Origin: Octopus vulgaris
Lineage: Eukaryota
Direction of reading: 5' to 3'
DNA: 64,000 nucleotides
Assembly: GCA_951406725.2 (NCBI GenBank)
Contig: OX597822.1
Location: forward strand, 5,766,001 to 5,830,000
The position numbers and the translations under genes were made by a program. This document shows, in pieces, positions 37,707 through 52,335 of this stretch; positions within the stretch are counted from its first letter, which is position 1, and each line of letters begins with the position of its first letter. The notes under the pieces are model-generated. The model saw nothing but the letters and a program-made list of their open reading frames with translations, did no database searches and was not told where the DNA came from.

Positions 37707-40008
37707 GTGAAGATGATGGTGATAACGACAATAATGGTGATGATCATGGTGGTGTTTATGATGCTGATGATGGTGAAGATTTTAATTATTGTATGCTAGA
37801 GCAGTAAAAGTGAAGATATGTGATGTGGCGATTTTGATGTTGAGCTCAGGATTGCTAGGTTGCAGTTTTAGATCTCAGATTAGATGTAAGCAAGGCATTT
37901 CGCTTTATGTTTCTTCAGTTAACTCGTCTGAAAATATGTACAGTTTTGTGTTAGGGCATGAGCACATGGAGTAGTTTCCCAGTGGTCCTTGTGGGTCTAG
38001 GGCTCCAGTTCTGCTCTATGTATGCTGTAGATTTCTATCAGTAAATAAATACTATAGGGCTTAGTGCATTAAGTCGCTCAGGGGCCTATAATGCTGCTAA
38101 GATGGCTCTGAATAAGTACCAGCAGTAGTTGAGGGGATAGTCCTACCACAAACTGCTGACCCATCCAGGGGAGAGTCTTGCACTGCCGTTGGCTTAAATG
38201 CCATGGAAACCAGAAGAAACTCTGGCCTAATGGATTTATAAGCTCAAAACAGAACAGAAACATAGCAGTAAATTTGACTAATAATAAAAGAAAGAAATCA
38301 GCCATTATTCTGACTGTCCATGGATACAGGGCATGTCCTCTGTATCCTTCTCTCAGCCAAGAGATCTTAGTCTTGCAGGCTTGTGGGTGCTGGAGCCATG
38401 TAAAAGCACCCATGCCAGTGTCACATAAAAGTGTTTGTCCTAGTGTCACATAGAAACACATATTGGTGCCACATAAAAGCGCCCGTGCCAGGGCCATGGA
38501 AAAGCAACCCTGTTAGTGCTACATAAAAACATCTGTGCTAGTGTTACGTAATAGCACCCAATACACTTTGTATAGTGGTTGGCACTAGGAAGGGCATCTA
38601 GCCATAGAAACCATGCCAAGACAGACAAAATGCAGCCCAGGAATCTCTTCCGTTGGCAAGCTCCAGTCAAACTGTCCAACCCATGCCAGCATGGAGAACT
38701 GACGTTGAAAGATGCTGATGATGATGAAGATGATGGTGATGATAATGATGTTTGCTATGTCAATGTTCTAAGCTCATGGAGTGATAAAATACATACCAGT
38801 AGGTTAATGAGGCTGAATTGAATAATTATAGATCTAATACTACAAAATTTACTCAGGCAATTGCAGCATGAAAATGTAAGTTAGCTATTAGCCATTCAGA
38901 AACACACAATGACAGATAACTTCACTTATACATTTATTTGAAATATGGTATCAAAATCAAGGTGGTGAGCTGGCAGAATTGTTAGCATGTTGGGCGAAAT
39001 GCTTAGAGTTCAAATTCCGCTGAGGTCGACTTTGCCTTTCATCCTTTCAGGGTCGATATAATCGACTTAATCTGTTTGTCTGTCCTTGTTTGTCCTCTCC
39101 GTGTTTAGCCCCTTGTGGGTAGTAAAGAAATAGGTATTTCGTCTGCTGTTATGTTCTGAGTTCAAATTCCGCTGAGGTCAGCCTGAGGCTATAGTAGCAG
39201 ACACTTGCCCAAAGTGCCATGTAGTAGGACTGAACCTGAAACCATGTGGTTGGGAAACAAGTTATTTTTTTTAATGGATATAATAAAACCTAAGTAGCCC
39301 TCCTAAATCCTCTGTCTAATATAATGTTTGTAGGAAACGCAATAAGGGTGGTCTCTATGATGTCACTTGACCTGGTAAAAATAACAGCTAAATCTCTTTT
39401 GAGTTTTACACATGCACACACACACACATATGCATGCACACACATGCACATGTGTGTGTGTGCACACATAATCACACGTGCACACATGCTACCATCTTCT
39501 AAAAGGAAGGACATCTCAGGTGATGTAGTCCCAAATGCATCATGCCTGAATAAAAGACAGGTTGATCACAGGTGGAGTGCCTTCGTTCATTTGATTGTTA
39601 ATTTGCTGAAGAACAACAACAATAATCATCTCTTACATGAATATATTAATGAAACTAACAACAAAGTATATTTTTATGCAGTTAATCTAATCTTAAAACA
39701 TGTTTACTTAATACGTATTTATTATATGTGATGAAGATTTCTATGAAAAAGTACAGTGACATATTTTTTGTTAAACTAGATGACCTCGGAAGAATTAAAA
39801 GTAAATCGTATTTTGTGAAGTCATTTGACTGTGGCCATGCTGAAGCACCGCCTTTAAGGGTTTTTAGCTGAACAAATCGACCCCATGACTTATTTTAAGC
39901 CTAGAACATATTCTATGGGTTCTTTATGCTGAACTGCTAAGTTACAGGGATGTAAACACACCAACACCGGTTGTCAAGTGATGATGGGGACAAGCACAAG
40001 CACAAAGA

Positions 40009-40067
<59 letters not shown>

Positions 40068-40238
40068 CTTTCAGTTTTTTCTATCAAATCCACTCAGAAG
40101 GTTTTGGTCAGACCAAGGCTATAGAAGACACTTGCCCAAGGTACCATGCTGTAGGACTGTAGGACTGAACCTGGAACCATGTGGTTTGGAAGTAGGCTTC
40201 TTACCACACAGCCATGCCATATGCACATAAATATATCG

Positions 40239-40297
<59 letters not shown>

Positions 40298-40335
40298 CAT
40301 ACACACACATACACACACATATATATACACATATA

Positions 40336-40641
40336 TCACGTGACCACGTGACCGACCAGACCATCAGATGTTGTTACACATCACTGGTCACAATGCATTC
40401 GCATTGTTCTAGCCTTCGAATGACGCCACCCCACTGGCTAAGCGAGCAGGCCAACAGAAGAAAGAGTGAGAGAAAGTTGTGGTGAAAGAGTACAGCAGGG
40501 ATCACCAAACCCTGCCGGAGCCTCGTGGAGCTTTTAGGTGTTTTCGCTCAATAAACACTCACAACGCCCGGTCTGGGAATCGAAACCGCGATCCTTCAAC
40601 CTCGAGTCCGCTGCCCTAAACACTGGGCCATCGCGCCTCCA
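40336..40641 (-). mobile_element. SINE family C, full length
   Basis: GGAGGCGCGATGGCCCAGTG..TAGG head, B-box GGTTTCGATTCCC, tail GGTCACGTGGTCACGTGATA. Confidence 0.85.
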
Positions 40642-41185
40642 TATACACATATATATATACCCATATCTATATACAGCAATCCCTTGACTATTGCAGGTGT
40701 TATGTCCCAAAACCTCTCACAGAAATAATTAAAACCTGAAAAAATATAAATACCTATTAGACGCAGAAATGCATGACATACTGAGGAGTCTGTGATATAA
40801 CCTGGAACCATGTGGTGTACTGAAAGTGTTAGGTGACCCACAATGTACTGAGTGCGCGATAGGTGGACCTTGATATGGTGAAGGATTACTGTATATATAT
40901 ATATTTCTCTAAAGTTCAACCTTCGCATATTCCCCGGTGCACCCGCCCTTGCCCACTCCCACCACCAATACCGGATATCTCTATATTTTTGTTCCATCTA
41001 TACCGGATGTCGCTTCTCCCACCACCATTATAGGTGTCTACTCTTCGAACCCCCTCTTCAACACGCTATTTCACCATGCATTACCCCTCTCTTGATATCC
41101 TACGTTCTACTTGCCTAGAACCTGTCATCATTTCTCTGAACCACCCCTCCCCACTGGTGCTCCCCATATATTTCTGCACCCCCCC

Positions 41186-41431
41186 CACATAAAAAGCACC
41201 ATCCGAACGTGGCCGATGCCAGACCCCTCTGGCACCTGTGCAGGTGGCACGTAAAAAACACCCACTACACTCGCGGAGTGGTTGGCGTTAGGAAGGGCAT
41301 CCAGCTGTAGAAACACTGCCAGACTAGACTGGAGCCTGGGGCAGTCCCGAGCTCCCCAGACCCCGGTCGAAACCGTCCAACCCGTGCTAGCGCGGAAAAC
41401 AGACGTTAAACGATGATGATGATGATGATGA
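41186..41431 (+). mobile_element. RTE 3' UTR fragment
   Basis: Conserved tail, then (GAT)n, then (TA)n. Confidence 0.85.
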
Positions 41432-41698
41432 TATATATATATATATATATGATTATTGCAGTGTTATGTCCAGGACACCTCATCACAGACACCATACATT
41501 AAACATGAAAATGACATATAAATACCTATTAGACGCAGAAATGCATGACATACTGAGGAGTCTGTGATATAAATTTATATATGTTAGCCAGAAAAATCTG
41601 TGATGTACTGAGTGTGTGTTAGGTGACCCACAATGTACTGAGTGCACAATAGGTAGACCTTGATATGGTGAGGGATTACTGTATATATTCATATATAT

Positions 41699-41738
<40 letters not shown>

Positions 41739-41787
41739 ATATCTACCAATATATACATACACACACACACACACATAGTATATCTAC

Positions 41788-41827
<40 letters not shown>

Positions 41828-41829
<2 letters not shown>

Positions 41830-42207
41830 GTGCAGGGGTGGCTGTGTGGTAAGAAGCTTGCTTCTTAAACACATGGTTCTGGGTTCAGTCCCACTGCATG
41901 GCATCTTGGGCAAGTATCTTGTACTATATCCTCAGGCCAATCAAAGCCTTGTGAGTGGATTTGGTAGATGAAAACTGAAAGAAGCCCATCGTGTATATAT
42001 GTGTGTATATTTGTGTGTGTGTGTGTGTTTGTTTGTCCCCCCAACTTTTACTTGACAACCGGTGTTGGTATGTCTACATTCCCATAGCTTAGCAGGTCGG
42101 CAAAAAAGGCTGATAAAATAAGTACAAGGTTCACAAAGACTAAATCTTGGAGTCAATTTGTTCGACTAAAGGCAGTGTTCCAGCAAATGACTGCAACAAG
42201 TAGAAGA

Positions 42208-42208
<1 letters not shown>
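41828..42208 (+). mobile_element. SINE family A
   Basis: Head, internal microsatellite and tail all present. Confidence 0.85.
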
Positions 42209-42241
<33 letters not shown>

Positions 42242-42243
42242 TT

Positions 42244-42306
<63 letters not shown>

Positions 42307-42336
42307 TATGTATATATATATACATACATACATACA

Positions 42337-42410
<74 letters not shown>

Positions 42411-43817
42411 CATATATATATAAATATATATATAAATACATACATACATACATATATATATATATAATGCACACACTAGCAATGTACCCTGGCATTGCCC
42501 AAGTGTTATAACCTACATCCACATTGTATATATTTTTTCCTTTCTTACGGGTGGAATTGACACATGAGGTGTATGAAGCAAACCACTCTTCTTTATAAAC
42601 ATGTTTTTGGGTCATTTTCTGATGATTAATGCTGCAGTTTCCATCTACGAAATTCAGTCACAAGTCTGTGGTTGTCGTAGTGCTCTAGTAGAAAACATTT
42701 GTGCAAGATACCATGTAGAAAGACTGAATGTGGAACCATGTGGTTGGGAAGCAAACTTGTCAACCAAACAGTCATTCTTGCACCCAGTATATGTGTGTAT
42801 GTATGTGTGTTTGCATTTGTTGTCAAATTGAGTATGGTGTCCCTCTATGTCTCAAAGTTATCAGTTCATCAAACGGAGATCTATAAAATAAATACCAAAT
42901 TGAAATGCATACTGAGGTCAGTATGATCAATTAAATTTTTGAAGGTGGTACCCCATCACGACTACAGTAAAATAATACTTAAAGACTTAATGGTTTTAAA
43001 TTTAAGGTAATGGATTACTAACCACAAGATAATTAGTTCAATACCTCGTATTGAATTTCCACTGTATATGATAACTCTATATGTACATCTCAGTCTACTT
43101 GACTTCCAACAATTAACAGTTGTAATTTGAAGTTGAATGGTTAGTAGTAAGAAAGATGTCCAGATTTCTTAAAAAATTATTATGCAAAATAGTATGAGAA
43201 ACAGTATTTTTTTCACCACAACAAAACACACACACACACATATACACTCAGAAGTGTCTGTGGTAACTTGAGCTACTACAAATAGCAACCAAATCTGTCT
43301 TAAAACACACCCTTTCATGGAAAGAAAGACACAAATTTACAGTATTTCAAGAAGAAGAAAAAAAGGAAAAAAACTATACAATGTGTCTGTAACATTAGAG
43401 GCAACACTGGGTCAAACAAAACTCAGACAAACATACTTCACATTAAAAGATTCTCTACTAAATAATACAAATAAAATCGATGGTATATCATTGAAGTTTT
43501 ATTCCCTGGTAAAACACCATGCATTTTAAGCATTTTCTCATTTAGCTCTATGTAGGACATATTGTTCAGCCAGAATTGCCTCCCTTAGCTATAGGCCTCA
43601 AAATTGTGCAACCCAACCTCATTTTTGAGGTTATTTTTGTAGTAAAAATGAGTTGTGCAAAAAACATACTTTATTTGGTAGATTACTAAATCTTTTCATA
43701 CCTCAGCTATCAAAATCGGCAACTCAATTTTTTGAATCCATAAGGGAAATATGCACACATGCACATACACACAAAAACACACACACACACACAAACTCTG
43801 TTATGTTATATAAGACA

Positions 43818-44317
43818 CTAGCAGTATCGCCCGGCGTTGCTCGGGTTTGTAAGGGAAATAACTACATAAGCATTTTTAGTGAGTTATAGCAAAAAAAATA
43901 GCAAAAAATGCATTAAAAATGGAATAAAAAATGATGGTAATTTTTTTTTAAATCGTTGACTCATCGTAGACATTTTTAGAGAGTTACTTCCCTTATATAA
44001 TAGCGAAAAATGTATTAAAATGGAATAAAAAATTATGGTAATTTTTTTTTTAATCGTTGACTCATCGTAGACATTTTTAGAGAGTTACTTCCCTTATATA
44101 ATAGCGAAAAATGCATTAAAATGGAATAAAAAATGATGGTAATTTTTTTTTTAAATCGTAGACTCATCGTAGACATGCGCTAATACTCAGAAGGGCTCGA
44201 TATGAATCACGACTATAAGATACCTGGTTTTGGTTACACTGCACCGCAAAATGTGGGAGTAGTTAGGAATCTAAATCGTAGGAGACAGACACATAACCTT
44301 ACTTTTATATATAAAGA
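43818..44317 (-). mobile_element. Non-autonomous Helitron with ~112-bp internal tandem repeats
   Basis: A|CTAG plus hairpin at the left end and TATATAAAGA|T at the right end. Subrepeat AAAATGCATTAAAATGG...ATAATAGCG occurs about 2.5 times. Confidence 0.88.
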
Positions 44318-44844
44318 TTTGTGCAACAACTAAAACATTCGGTTGTGCAAATTGTTTGCACAGGAAACCTGCCCTGTGTGGCGGTAATTGCCGTTTTTGT
44401 GGATCTGTTTCAGGTTTTTTAGCGATTTCTGTTTTGGCGACTTCAAGCCATGAAGTCGTTGTTCTAAAAGAACGCTGGTCTCCTTGACAATGCATTACGA
44501 CGCTGATTTCCTTACACTCCCTTCCCCACAGCTTCACGAGGGAGGGAAGAAGGGGGAGAAGCAAACAGGTGCAGGTGTGAGTGTGGACGCCAACTCCGCC
44601 GCCATCGACACACGAAAAAATATGCATTAAAATGGAATAAAAAACGATGTTAAATTATTTTTTAAAATCGTAGACTAATCGTAGACTCATCGTAGACGTG
44701 TGCTAATACCCAGACGGGCTCGATATGAATCACGACTATAAGATATCCGAATTTGGTTAAACTGCACCGCAAAATTTGGGAGTAGTTAGGAATCTAAATC
44801 GAAGGGGACAGACACTCACACAACTACAGTTTTATATATATAGA
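44318..44844 (-). mobile_element. Related Helitron 5' portion with a distinct CpG-rich internal segment
   Basis: 44615-44844 is homologous to the family 5' end. 44318-44614 is unrelated and GC-richer. Confidence 0.7.
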
Positions 44845-44846
44845 TA

Positions 44847-46096
44847 TACTGAACTACAAAAGAAATATTGCACTATAAAAGATTATTTGTTTCACACATA
44901 ATATTGATATTAAATGAATTTTATCGTCTCCATGCTGGTCAACGTCCATGGGTCATTGCTAATGACTTGAACTGCAGTATTCAGACAAATGAGTGGCTGA
45001 GGAAATGATACAATGCCACAAACAGCTTGGATGATTGTCCATGCAGTGACCAACCGGGGGTTACAACGGCATGTCAAGATCACCACCTGCACTGACAGCA
45101 TTTACAGGACTGATTCAGGAGGGCAAGTGAATCAGTTAGGCAGGCCATAGGGACCCACCACTGACTTATTTGTGCAGAGACAGTTTGCTGCTGGCTGAGA
45201 TCTTTCAATCTGTCTTGTCAACGTCTGGTTAGGGTCTATATCCTCACAGATTGTCATTGACAGGTATGTCTGCAGTGGGCTCAAAAACGTCAGAACTGGT
45301 GATACCAGCAGTGGAGGACTGTAGTCTTCTCTGATGAAAGTTGATATTGCATTTCTGTGGCAGGTGGCAGAGCTAGGGTTTGGAGAAGAAAGGGTGATTG
45401 TCATGCTGGTGGCTGTGTGGGGGAGAGAGACTCATAGGGAGGACAGAGCATCATGGTATGGAGCGGATTTGCACTCAACCGCAAACTTGGACCAGTAGCC
45501 TTCCAAAAGGCAATGGAGTAACCACAGCTTGCTACATCGACCAAGTATTGATGCCTCACATTGTATCATACATTGCCCATCATCAAATCACGTATTCCAA
45601 CATGACAATGCCTGTGCCCATACTGTCAGGTTGACAAAAGACTTCCTCCAACAGCACAACATCCAGATGCTGCTGTGGACTGCCCTAAGTCCAGACTTGA
45701 ATCCCATAGAGTATCTGTGGGATGAAATCTAAACAAGGCTAAATGACATCTGTTCAAGGACAACAACTGCGGCACAACTCACTGCAAGTTTTAACAGAGT
45801 GTGGGCTGCTATCCACATGGCCTTCATCAATCATTTGGTGCAGTCAATGTACAGAAGATACCTGGTGGTTATCAACACTAATGGTGTTCACACGAGAATT
45901 GAGTTCATCTCTTTGGATCCAGGACACTCCGTCATCACGTAACACCATGTGACATCAAACATGTTTCAGGAAATGACATTTTATCATTAGGAAAGAATGG
46001 TTTCTTAATTAGCACTCTTCAATCAATGCTATGGCAATCTGTTAATAAACCGGTTTCTATTTAGTATGTGAGTAACGTTTCTTTTGTGGTTCAGTA
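44847..46096 (+). mobile_element. Decayed Tc1 (DD34E) DNA transposon with both TIRs
   Basis: TIRs TACTGAACTACAAAAGAAA / TTTCTTTTGTGGTTCAGTA with TA flanks. Motifs WRTVVFSDES, SIMVW, FQHDNACAH and SPDLNPIEYLW, with 34 residues between D and E. Multiple stops and frameshifts. Confidence 0.92.
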
Positions 46097-46153
46097 TATA
46101 TATATATATTGATTCTAGTTTCAGCTCACGAGCTGTGGCCATGCTGGGGCACC

Positions 46154-46193
<40 letters not shown>

Positions 46194-46196
<3 letters not shown>

Positions 46197-46584
46197 TCAT
46201 CATCATCATCATCATTTAGAGTCCGCTTTCCATGCTAGCATGGGTTGGACGGTTCAACTGGGGTCTGTGAAGCCAGAAGGCTGCATCAGGCCCAGTCTGA
46301 TCTGGCAGTGTTTCTACGGCTGGATGCCCTACCTAATGCCAACCACTCCGTGAGTGTAGTGGGTGCTTTTTACGTGCCACCCGCACAGGTGCCAGATGGA
46401 GCTGGCAAACGGCCACGGATGGATGGTGCTTTTTACGTGCCACCGGCACGGGGCCAGCCGAGGCTGGCAACGGCAATGAACGGATGGTGCTTTTTACGTG
46501 CCACCGGCACGAAGCCAGTCGGGGTGGCGCTGGCAACGGTCACGAACGGATGGTGGTGCCAGATGAGTCTGGCAAATGGCCACG

Positions 46585-46587
<3 letters not shown>
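46194..46587 (-). mobile_element. RTE 3' UTR in a (TA)n tract
   Basis: Close match to the reverse complement of 20590-20940. (TA)n on both sides. Confidence 0.9.
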
Positions 46588-46628
<41 letters not shown>

Positions 46629-46666
46629 ATATATATATATATATCTACTTATATATATATATATAA

Positions 46667-47087
46667 GGCACAGGAGTGGCTGTGTGGTAAGTAGCTTGCT
46701 TACCAACCACATGGGTCCGGGTTCATTCCCACTGCGTGGCACCATGGGCAAGTGTCTTCTGCTATAGCCTCAGGCTGACCAAAGCCCTGTGAGTGGATTT
46801 GGTTGAGGAAAACTGGAAGCCCGTCGTATATATGTATATATATGTATGTGTGTATATGTTTGTGTGTCTGTGTTTGTCCCCCCACCACCATTGCTTGACA
46901 ACCGATGGTGGTGTGTTTACGTCCCCGTAACTTAGCGGTTCAGTAAAAAGAGACTGATAGAATAAGTACTAGGCTTACAAAGAATAAGTCCTGGGGTCAA
47001 TTTGCTTGACTAAAGGCGGTGCTCCAGCATGGCCACAGTCAAATGACTGAAACAAGTAAAAGAGTAAAAGAGAGTAGAAAGAGTAAA
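46667..47087 (+). mobile_element. SINE family A, full length
   Basis: As the 30553 copy. Confidence 0.92.
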
Positions 47088-47469
47088 TATATATATATAT
47101 GTGTGTGTGTGTGTGTATATGTATGTATATAATATATATTGCAATGTCTGGGTGTTTATAACTTAAATGGATAAACTAATGGATATATGTTTTGCGTTGA
47201 TAAAACATTATCAGATATAGAACTCAATATGAAAGGTAGAGTCAAATAAATGTTTTCTATGTCATAAATGGTGACAATAACATATGAATTTTGGCCTTCT
47301 GATTTCAGTGACAGCTGGAGATGCCAGCCAGGTGAAGCAGGAATGTAGCTGATACCATTTGTGATTATATACACATACATACATACATATATACATACAC
47401 AAACATATATATGTGTATGTATACATATATATATACATGCACATATATATGTTTGTATGTGTGTGTATG

Positions 47470-47503
<34 letters not shown>

Positions 47504-47551
47504 AGGGACATTAAATGATGATTATATATATATCTATGTATATATACATGC

Positions 47552-47632
<81 letters not shown>

Positions 47633-47649
47633 TGTGTAAATTATCTAAT

Positions 47650-47683
<34 letters not shown>

Positions 47684-47710
47684 CACACACAAGGGACATT
47701 AAATGATGAT

Positions 47711-47741
<31 letters not shown>

Positions 47742-47805
47742 GCATATATACATATATATAAATATATATATATATATGTGTAAATATGTAATGTAAATTA
47801 TCTAA

Positions 47806-47850
<45 letters not shown>

Positions 47851-47876
47851 TGTAATGTAAATTATCTAATAACACA

Positions 47877-47908
<32 letters not shown>

Positions 47909-50190
47909 TAAATATATATGTCATATGGAATTACATATTTTATAGCACTATTCTGATGTTACTAATATTCCTGGGTCAACAAAAGATGTTGGTTATTTCA
48001 ATCAGATTCTTTAAACATTTTTTTTTTCTTCATAGTTTATAACATTTCAAGTCCTAGATAGATTTATTCAGATAAATAATGAAAAAAAAAGTATTCTTAT
48101 TATAAAATATTATTTATGTGGTAGCACCTTCAAAAGTTTTGTATTATGAATATTTACGAATTTATTTCCATCAGGGTCTCTCTCTTTTTCTAATTTTCCT
48201 TTGATATATTTCCATTACTGTGCAAAAATGTCCAAGTTATGACGAAAATATATAAAAGAGAAAATGATTGAATGCATAAGTAAATACCATAAGATATTTC
48301 ATCTAGTGCTCTCCAGATTCTTCCAACTACCAACCTTTATATATACTATTGCTAGTTATTCTATTAAAAGCAGTGTATTAGCAGAATTGGTAGAGTATTG
48401 CACAAAATTGTTGATATCTTTGTATGGCCCTTTATACGCAGAGTTCAAATCCTCTTGATGTCAGCTTGTCTTCAACTCTTTTGAGGTTACCATTCAAAAA
48501 CTAGGATTAATTTAGTATCAGTTTCACATTTTGGCACAAGGCCAGCAATTTCAAGGGAGAGGCTAGTTGATTGTATCAGGCATTCCTTCGATATAACTTG
48601 CAAAATGCTCAGAGGCACTTTTCTGTCTTCACAAGCTGAATTTAAATCCCACCAAGGTTGACTTTGCCTTTCATCTTTTCAGGGTCGATAAACTAAGTAC
48701 CTGTTGAATACTGGGGGATAATATAAGACATTCCTTCGATATAACTCGACAAAATCAAAACATTTCACTTTGGGTATTTCCGTGGAAGCAAATGACAGTT
48801 TGATTCTGTTTTCTGCTTGGAAATTTGCGGATTTTACACACACACATGAAACAGCTCAGAACAAATATGCAAGGCTTTTCTTCTTCAACCTTAAAATGAG
48901 ACATTTCTGGCATAATTTCATTATATCTAAACACCACAACCCAAGGAAATACCTTCAGCTCGTGAAGACAGAAAAGTGCCTCTGAGCATTTTGCCTGGCA
49001 TGCTAACTATTCTGCCACCTGGCTGCCTTAAGGATCAATCTAATATTCCTATGAAATCATGCTAGATGTAAATGGAATTATAATAGATAAAAACAAAGAA
49101 AACTTTTGAGTCCAAATCTGACTGATGTCAAGTCTGTCTTTCCTCATTCTTGCATTGATAAAATAAAATACCAGCCAAGTACTGATTATCAATTTAATAT
49201 TCCAGTCATGTCATGCTAGATGTGAATTTATTTTTTTATGGGACCAGCAAGTCACCAAGTCACTTACAAAACGAAGACTCCTAGACTGGGAGGGGGAGCA
49301 GTATTAAGGGATGGGTTTTGTGTCAGTTGAGAGATTAAAAAGTATAATGGAAGGATAGGGAAAACGTCTATATCTCTCAATTACGCTTTCTAAGCTTTCA
49401 TCAACTGGCACAAAACTATCTCCCTCAATACTGTTCCCCCTTCCAGTCAAGGGGTCATTGTCTTGCAAGTTACTTGGAGACCTCCATCAGTGTTGGCACT
49501 ATGATAAAAGCTCCCAGTACACTTTGTAAAATGCTTGGCATTAAGAAGGGTATCCAGCTGCAGAAATATGCCAAAGCTGACAGTAGAGCTTGGCATCGTC
49601 CTCTGGATGGCCAGGTCTTGCCAAATCAATTTCTTTATTACCCACAAGGGGCTAAACATAGAGGGGACAAACAAGGACAGACATAGGTATTAAGTCGATT
49701 ACATCGACCCCAGTGCGTAACTGGTACTTAATTTATCGACCCCGAAAGGATGAAAGGCAAAGTCGACCTTGGCGGAATTTGAACTCGGAACGTAGCGGCA
49801 GACGAAATACCATTAAGCATTTTGCCCGACATGCTAATGATTGTACCAGCTCACCGCCAAACCGTCCTGCTAAACCGTTTAACCCATACAAGCATGGAAA
49901 ATGGATCTGAAATGATAATGATGAGACTAAAATGCTCACATTCAAATACCACTGATGTCAGTTATGCTCCCTCTTCTCCTGGAATTGATAAAGTAAAATT
50001 CTAGTCATTTATTGAAGTCAATTTTAAGTTTCTATAAAACCAGGCAAAATGTAAATGGAATTATAACAACAGCCTATGAAGACATTTGAGTTCAAATTCT
50101 GCTGATGTCAACTTTGTCCACCGTTAGTCTGGGGCTGATAAAATAAAATACCATTCAAGTACTGGTATCATTTTAATACTCCTATAAAGT

Positions 50191-50404
50191 AAAGTGGCAA
50201 GCTGGCAGAAATGTTAGCACACCAGGTGAAATGCTTAGCAATATTTTATCTATCTTTACGTTCTGAGTTCAAATTCCGCTGAGGTCGACTTTGCCTTTCA
50301 TCCTTTCGGGGTAAATAAATTAAGTACCAGTTGCATACTGGGGTCGATCTAGTCGACTGTCCCACCCCACCCAAATTTCAGGCCTTGTTCCTAGAGTAGA
50401 AAAG
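50191..50404 (+). mobile_element. SINE family B with a 16-bp TSD
   Basis: AATACTCCTATAAAGT at 50175-50190 and 50405-50420. Confidence 0.9.
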
Positions 50405-51915
50405 AATACTCCTATAAAGTCATGCTAGATGTAAATTAAATCATAACAGAAGACAGGGAGTATAAAATGTCTGGCAGTATCTAGCTTTGTCCTTTTATAT
50501 TGAATCAGGTTCTTTTGTCCTTCAATCATCCTATGGTTAATGTTGCTTTTCAGAGTTCATTCTTCAGGGTGTCAATAAAATAAAGTACTAGTCAAGAACT
50601 GGGGTTGATATAATCGATTGTACCTTTGCCTCGTATCTGTTACCATGCTAGAAATGATTATTAATTCTTCTAGTTAAGGTGCTTAGCAGGCAGAAGCATT
50701 AGCATGTTGGGCAAAAACTTCAGCAATATTTTGTCCTTCTATACATTCTGAGATTCAATTCTGTTGAGGCTGTCTTTGCCTTTCATCCTTTCAGGAGTTG
50801 ATAAAACAAGTACCATTCAAATACTGGGGTCGATGTAATTGACTTCCCTCTCCTCAACTCCAAAACAGCTGGCCCTGTGCCAAAACCTGAATTATTCTAG
50901 TCAAGCAAAAGAAGAGGTAACTATTCTGCTCGACTCAAAGCCACAGCAAATGTTTAAATTGTGCCAGAGAAATGCAAAAACCATGTGCATAAAATTTCAG
51001 ACTGCTAATCTCAAGATTTTTGGTTCAGTTCTCTGTTACTATTTCAGCTGTTGTGAGTTAACTGAAGCTCATAATTCTACTTGCTCCATTTCCACCTGAA
51101 TTCCTCAAAACATATTCTCAAAACATGTTGTATGTTTGAGTAACAAAAGATAAGAAAGCCATGATCCTGCTGTAAAAATACTTGTTCCCACAAAGCTAAT
51201 CCTTTAATCCATTTTCCCAAACAATCTTGCTGAAAAAAAAAAAGATCTAAAGATCACAAATGAAATTAAAAGGACCAGATTGTCTCCTATTTAATTGAAG
51301 GGTCAATGAGGGATTCTCAGAGTGGTTAGTCAATTGCCAAGAAATAAAACCAAATCTTTCTTAAATCCACCTTATCTAGGGCTTTTGGTCATAACTGGCA
51401 ATGGTTTTCAGCACCTGGAAAGTTTCTCTCCAAGTAAATGTCCTGGTCAAGGTTTTTTGTTTTTTTAATGAATGACCAGAAGTTGTCAGTTCATGCATGC
51501 CTGAAGGTGAGGATGATGAAGTTTGGTACCAGTGTTATCAAAGGTATTGCTTTTTGAATGTAAAAGGCCAGAAGAGACACCACAAGGCATCCCATCTGAT
51601 GTTTGAAGAATTTAGCTAAATCCCCAGCACCAGACTGGAACATTTTTTTAATCAACCCTGGGACGCTGAAAGGTAAAGTTGACCTCAGCAACATTTGAAC
51701 TTGTAGCACAGAGAATCAGAACAAATGCCAATTTGTTACTTTCAAATCACACCTTTCAGATTTTGGCAGAATAAATGAATAAAATAAATAATAAATAAAA
51801 AAAGAAAAACACTAAAAGTGATATTAAATAATATGATTCTCAATAAACCGTGACAGAAAAACAAAAAACAAAACAAAGAAAGTCATAGTTGGAATACCAA
51901 TAATCAGATTTATTT

Positions 51916-52335
51916 GCGCAGGAGTGGCTGTGTGGTAAGTAGCTTGCTTACCAACCACATGGTTCCGGGTTCAGTCCCACTGCGTGGCATCTTGGGCAAG
52001 TGTTTTCTGCTATAGCCTCAGGCCAACCAATGCCTTGTGAGTGGATTTGGTAGACGGAAACTGAAAGAAGCCTGTCATATATGTGTATATATATATATAT
52101 GTATGTATGTGTATATGTTTGTGTGTTTGTCCCCCTAGCATTGCTTGACAACCGATGCTGGTGTGTTTACGTCCCCGTCACCTAGTGGTTTGGCAAAAGA
52201 GACTGATAGAATAAGTACTGGGCTTACAAAGAATAAGTCACGGGGTCGATTTGCTCGACTAAAGGTGGTGCTCCAGCATGGCCGCAGTCAAATGACTGAA
52301 ACAAGTAAAAGAAAAAAAAGAAAATAAAAGAATAA
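51916..52335 (+). mobile_element. SINE family A, full length
   Basis: As the 30553 copy. Confidence 0.92.
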
